From: Thermoproteota archaeon
GTDB taxonomy: Archaea > Asgardarchaeota > Njordarchaeia > Njordarchaeales > Panguiarchaeaceae
Assembly (NCBI GenBank): GCA_024720975.1
Contig: JANJXX010000002.1
Location: forward strand, 128,001 to 192,000
Reading direction: 5' to 3'
Length of the DNA stretch: 64,000 nt
Every line of letters begins with the position of its first letter. Within the stretch, counting starts at the first letter, position 1. Below the pieces are notes generated by a model. That model saw nothing but the letters and a program-made list of their open reading frames with translations, was not told the origin of the DNA and did not search any database. The translations under genes and the position numbers were made by a program. Positions 61,509 through 64,000 of the stretch are shown piece by piece.

Positions 61509-62102
61509 GTGACCATATTGAGTACTCAACTGTTAAGAATAAAAATGGTGCTCATCGGAGAGGGTGCTGTAGGCAAAACATCTATTGCAAGAGCTTACCT
61601 TGGACAGGCCTTTACCAGTGGTTATAAAGCTACCATTGGTGCTGACTTCTACGTGAAGAGAGATGTTATCGAGGATGCAGTAATGGGAAAAGTCAATTGC
61701 GAATTTTTAATATGGGATCTGGCAGGACAAGTTCAATTCACACAAGTGAGGCCTCTATATTATAGAGGTGCTAGAGCGGCAATAGCCGTATTTGATATCA
61801 CCAGAAAGGAAACATTCTATGCTCTCCCAAGTTGGATACACGAATTTTGGAAAAATGCAGGTGGAGTATGGCCGCTCATTCTAGTCGGTAATAAAGCTGA
61901 TTTAAGAGGACAACGTGAATGCGTACCACAATCTGTGGGTATGCTCTACGCGCAAAAACTATCGCAGATAATTGGTGTCGAGGTACCCTACGTTGAAACG
62001 TCCGCGCTGACAGGATATAATATTCGTGACGCTTTTCATAAGTTAGTTCTCGTTCTGCTTGCCTACTATAGAAAGAAGTTTCTGCAAAGAATGCAGAAAT
62101 AA
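61509..62102 (+). CDS. Rab-like Ras-superfamily small GTPase (likely start TTG 61518)
   Basis: GEGAVGKTS, TIGADF, IWDLAGQ, YYRGA, FDIT, GNKADL, ETSA. Confidence 0.93.
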   Translation: MTILSTQLLRIKMVLIGEGAVGKTSIARAYLGQAFTSGYKATIGADFYVKRDVIEDAVMGKVNCEFLIWDLAGQVQFTQVRPLYYRGARAAIAVFDITRKETFYALPSWIHEFWKNAGGVWPLILVGNKADLRGQRECVPQSVGMLYAQKLSQIIGVEVPYVETSALTGYNIRDAFHKLVLVLLAYYRKKFLQRMQK

Positions 62103-62442
62103 GAGAATGTTTCCTCCTGAAAATTCTTTCTAAATATTTATTAGCTCTCTTGGTAATTCTAAAAAGCCGAATGCTTACAAGTTGCAAGATATCTCCGAAA
62201 TCACAGTTGTGCTTGCATGTTACTAAGATAAGCTTTAAGACGCTTGATAATCCATTTTTCGTTAGGTAAACTTTTATATAAAGCAAACGCAAATTAGGTC
62301 TTTTGGAAATTGTATTAGCATCGATTTGTTAATTTCCTTAGTCAATGAAAATTTTGAATAGAAAATCTAGTATGGGAATAGTTTTAGTGTCAATATTTAA
62401 AACAAGCAACCAATTGAGTGAAGATGTGCTGTGGTGTAAGTT

Positions 62443-63864
62443 TTGAAAATACGCCTAACCAATGTCGCCGGTGTATACCTACTCATATCATTCTTTGGCT
62501 TTTATCTGTCGTTTTCGCTGTACCAACTTAGATATTTGTTATCATTTTTAGCCTCTATAGGGATAAACGTAGGAGTCCTGTTTCCTAACATAGACGGAGC
62601 AATTTCGCTTGCACCCTGGCTGCTTGTTTTCTCAGGAATTTTGCTGTCAGCCTTTATTCTATCATATCTGCGTTTTAGTATGATAGCACGCTTTGCGTTA
62701 TTAAGATTAGAAGCTAAGCGTGAAATATCAAGCGACAAAATCTTCCAGGGGGAGATGACGTCAGTCTGTGTTAAAATCCGCAATCCAACATTCTTTGATC
62801 TAGATAGGATCCTCATAGTGGATGTTGTTCCAGACACATTCGATATCACCTTTGGAGAAAATTATGCTGACACTTTCATCCGAGCCGGTGGTCAAGCAGA
62901 GATGGCTTATGTGTTGAGAGCTGCCTCCAGAGGTGTCCATTTAATTGGCCCATTAAACATCTTATTGAGGGATAAAATGCATTTTTTTGTTTCGTCTATT
63001 GAAATACCAATAATGTCCGAGGTAAGGGTCTTTCCGTCATATAGTGATATAAGGAGACTGGAAATAGCGCAAAAAAGCATGGGCGGATTTTTGCCGGGAC
63101 AGCATACGATACTTAAAATAAAAGGAGCAGGGTACGATTTCCACCAACTACGTCAGTTTGATCATTCTGATCCGATAAAATTAATAGACTGGAAAGCATT
63201 TGCTAGGTTAGGTAAGTTGCTCGTTAGGGAATACTTGGGGGAGCGAATTATCAAACTTTACATCATTATCGATACAAGTTACACTATGGGTTATGGCTAT
63301 AGACGCCTTACAAAGCTTGATTTTGCAACTAGAGCGGGTGCTCTAATAGCATATCTAGCCAAGAGACTCCAGGACTTTTTTGGTGTGATGTTATTTAGCT
63401 CGACAGTCCACAATTTTGTTAAAGCAGCCCGTGGAAGAGGGCACTTTATGCGTGTTCTATCAGTACTAGCTGAGGCCGAACCAGAAGGCATAGCAAACCT
63501 TCCTGGAGCGATTAGATACCTCATTAGTCATGAACCCAGAAGCTGCTTTCTAATAATAATATCTGATCTTGAAAGTGATATTGGTGCCATTGTAGAGGGA
63601 GTCAAAATTGCGTTAGCTAATAAACTGAAGCCTACGATTATAGTTCCAATGTCGCCCTTTTTTGAGATACCTTCTCCAGGAAGCAGCTTTAAGCAAATGT
63701 TTCGAGACGCTGTTATGATTGAATATCTACGGCGAATAAATGCCATCGCATCTAAGATAACCCAATATGGTGTAAAAGTTGCTCCAGTTTCGCCTCAGAA
63801 CATTGTTTCGGTAGTTTTAGATAGTTACATTCGCGCGAAGCATCGATTCATAGGTGCCATATGA
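62443..63864 (+). CDS. DUF58 (vWA-like) membrane-anchored protein
   Basis: N-terminal TMs; GYDFHQLRQF, IDWKAFAR, LLVREY, IDTSYTM, IISDL. Confidence 0.9.
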   Translation: MKIRLTNVAGVYLLISFFGFYLSFSLYQLRYLLSFLASIGINVGVLFPNIDGAISLAPWLLVFSGILLSAFILSYLRFSMIARFALLRLEAKREISSDKIFQGEMTSVCVKIRNPTFFDLDRILIVDVVPDTFDITFGENYADTFIRAGGQAEMAYVLRAASRGVHLIGPLNILLRDKMHFFVSSIEIPIMSEVRVFPSYSDIRRLEIAQKSMGGFLPGQHTILKIKGAGYDFHQLRQFDHSDPIKLIDWKAFARLGKLLVREYLGERIIKLYIIIDTSYTMGYGYRRLTKLDFATRAGALIAYLAKRLQDFFGVMLFSSTVHNFVKAARGRGHFMRVLSVLAEAEPEGIANLPGAIRYLISHEPRSCFLIIISDLESDIGAIVEGVKIALANKLKPTIIVPMSPFFEIPSPGSSFKQMFRDAVMIEYLRRINAIASKITQYGVKVAPVSPQNIVSVVLDSYIRAKHRFIGAI

Positions 63865-64000
63865 ATTGCGTGAGTACTTAAAATTAATCGAAAAAACAAG
63901 AAGCTCCCTACTCTTTAAATATGTGTTATTCAAATGTCTCCTTGTGACATTTGTAATCTTATACTTCCTGTACATTTTTCAGATAATAGAATTTAGCATC

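Overview
Compact chromosomal segment of a probably thermophilic archaeon of the Asgard/TACK radiation. The placement is inferred from PolD DP2, a Rab-like GTPase, a GPN GTPase, a Cren7-like protein and EndA with a crenarchaeal-type specificity loop. The window holds about 55 housekeeping or hypothetical CDSs (translation, replication, RNA processing, proteasome, pyruvate:ferredoxin oxidoreductase), 7 tRNAs (3 with introns) and an SRP RNA. No CRISPR array, transposon or provirus is evident. Main points of interest: (1) a 1-kb intergenic region at ~19.0-20.0 kb looks like a replication origin, with three ORB-like boxes and an apparent strand-skew switch, but has no cdc6/orc1 gene beside it; it is flanked by two divergent winged-helix genes and carries 14 copies of a GTGAA pentamer; (2) a shortened SRP RNA lacks a canonical Alu domain, has an altered SRP54-binding loop and has a BHB-like terminal motif; (3) a cytoplasmic 622-aa beta-sandwich protein has an N-terminus resembling the mu-homology domain of eukaryotic vesicle-coat adaptors; (4) an orphan PglZ-domain protein; (5) an unannotated rpp29 gene has no ATG/GTG/TTG start and appears to begin at ATA; (6) normally conserved operons are heavily scrambled. 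All family calls are by-eye motif recognition; no searches were run.
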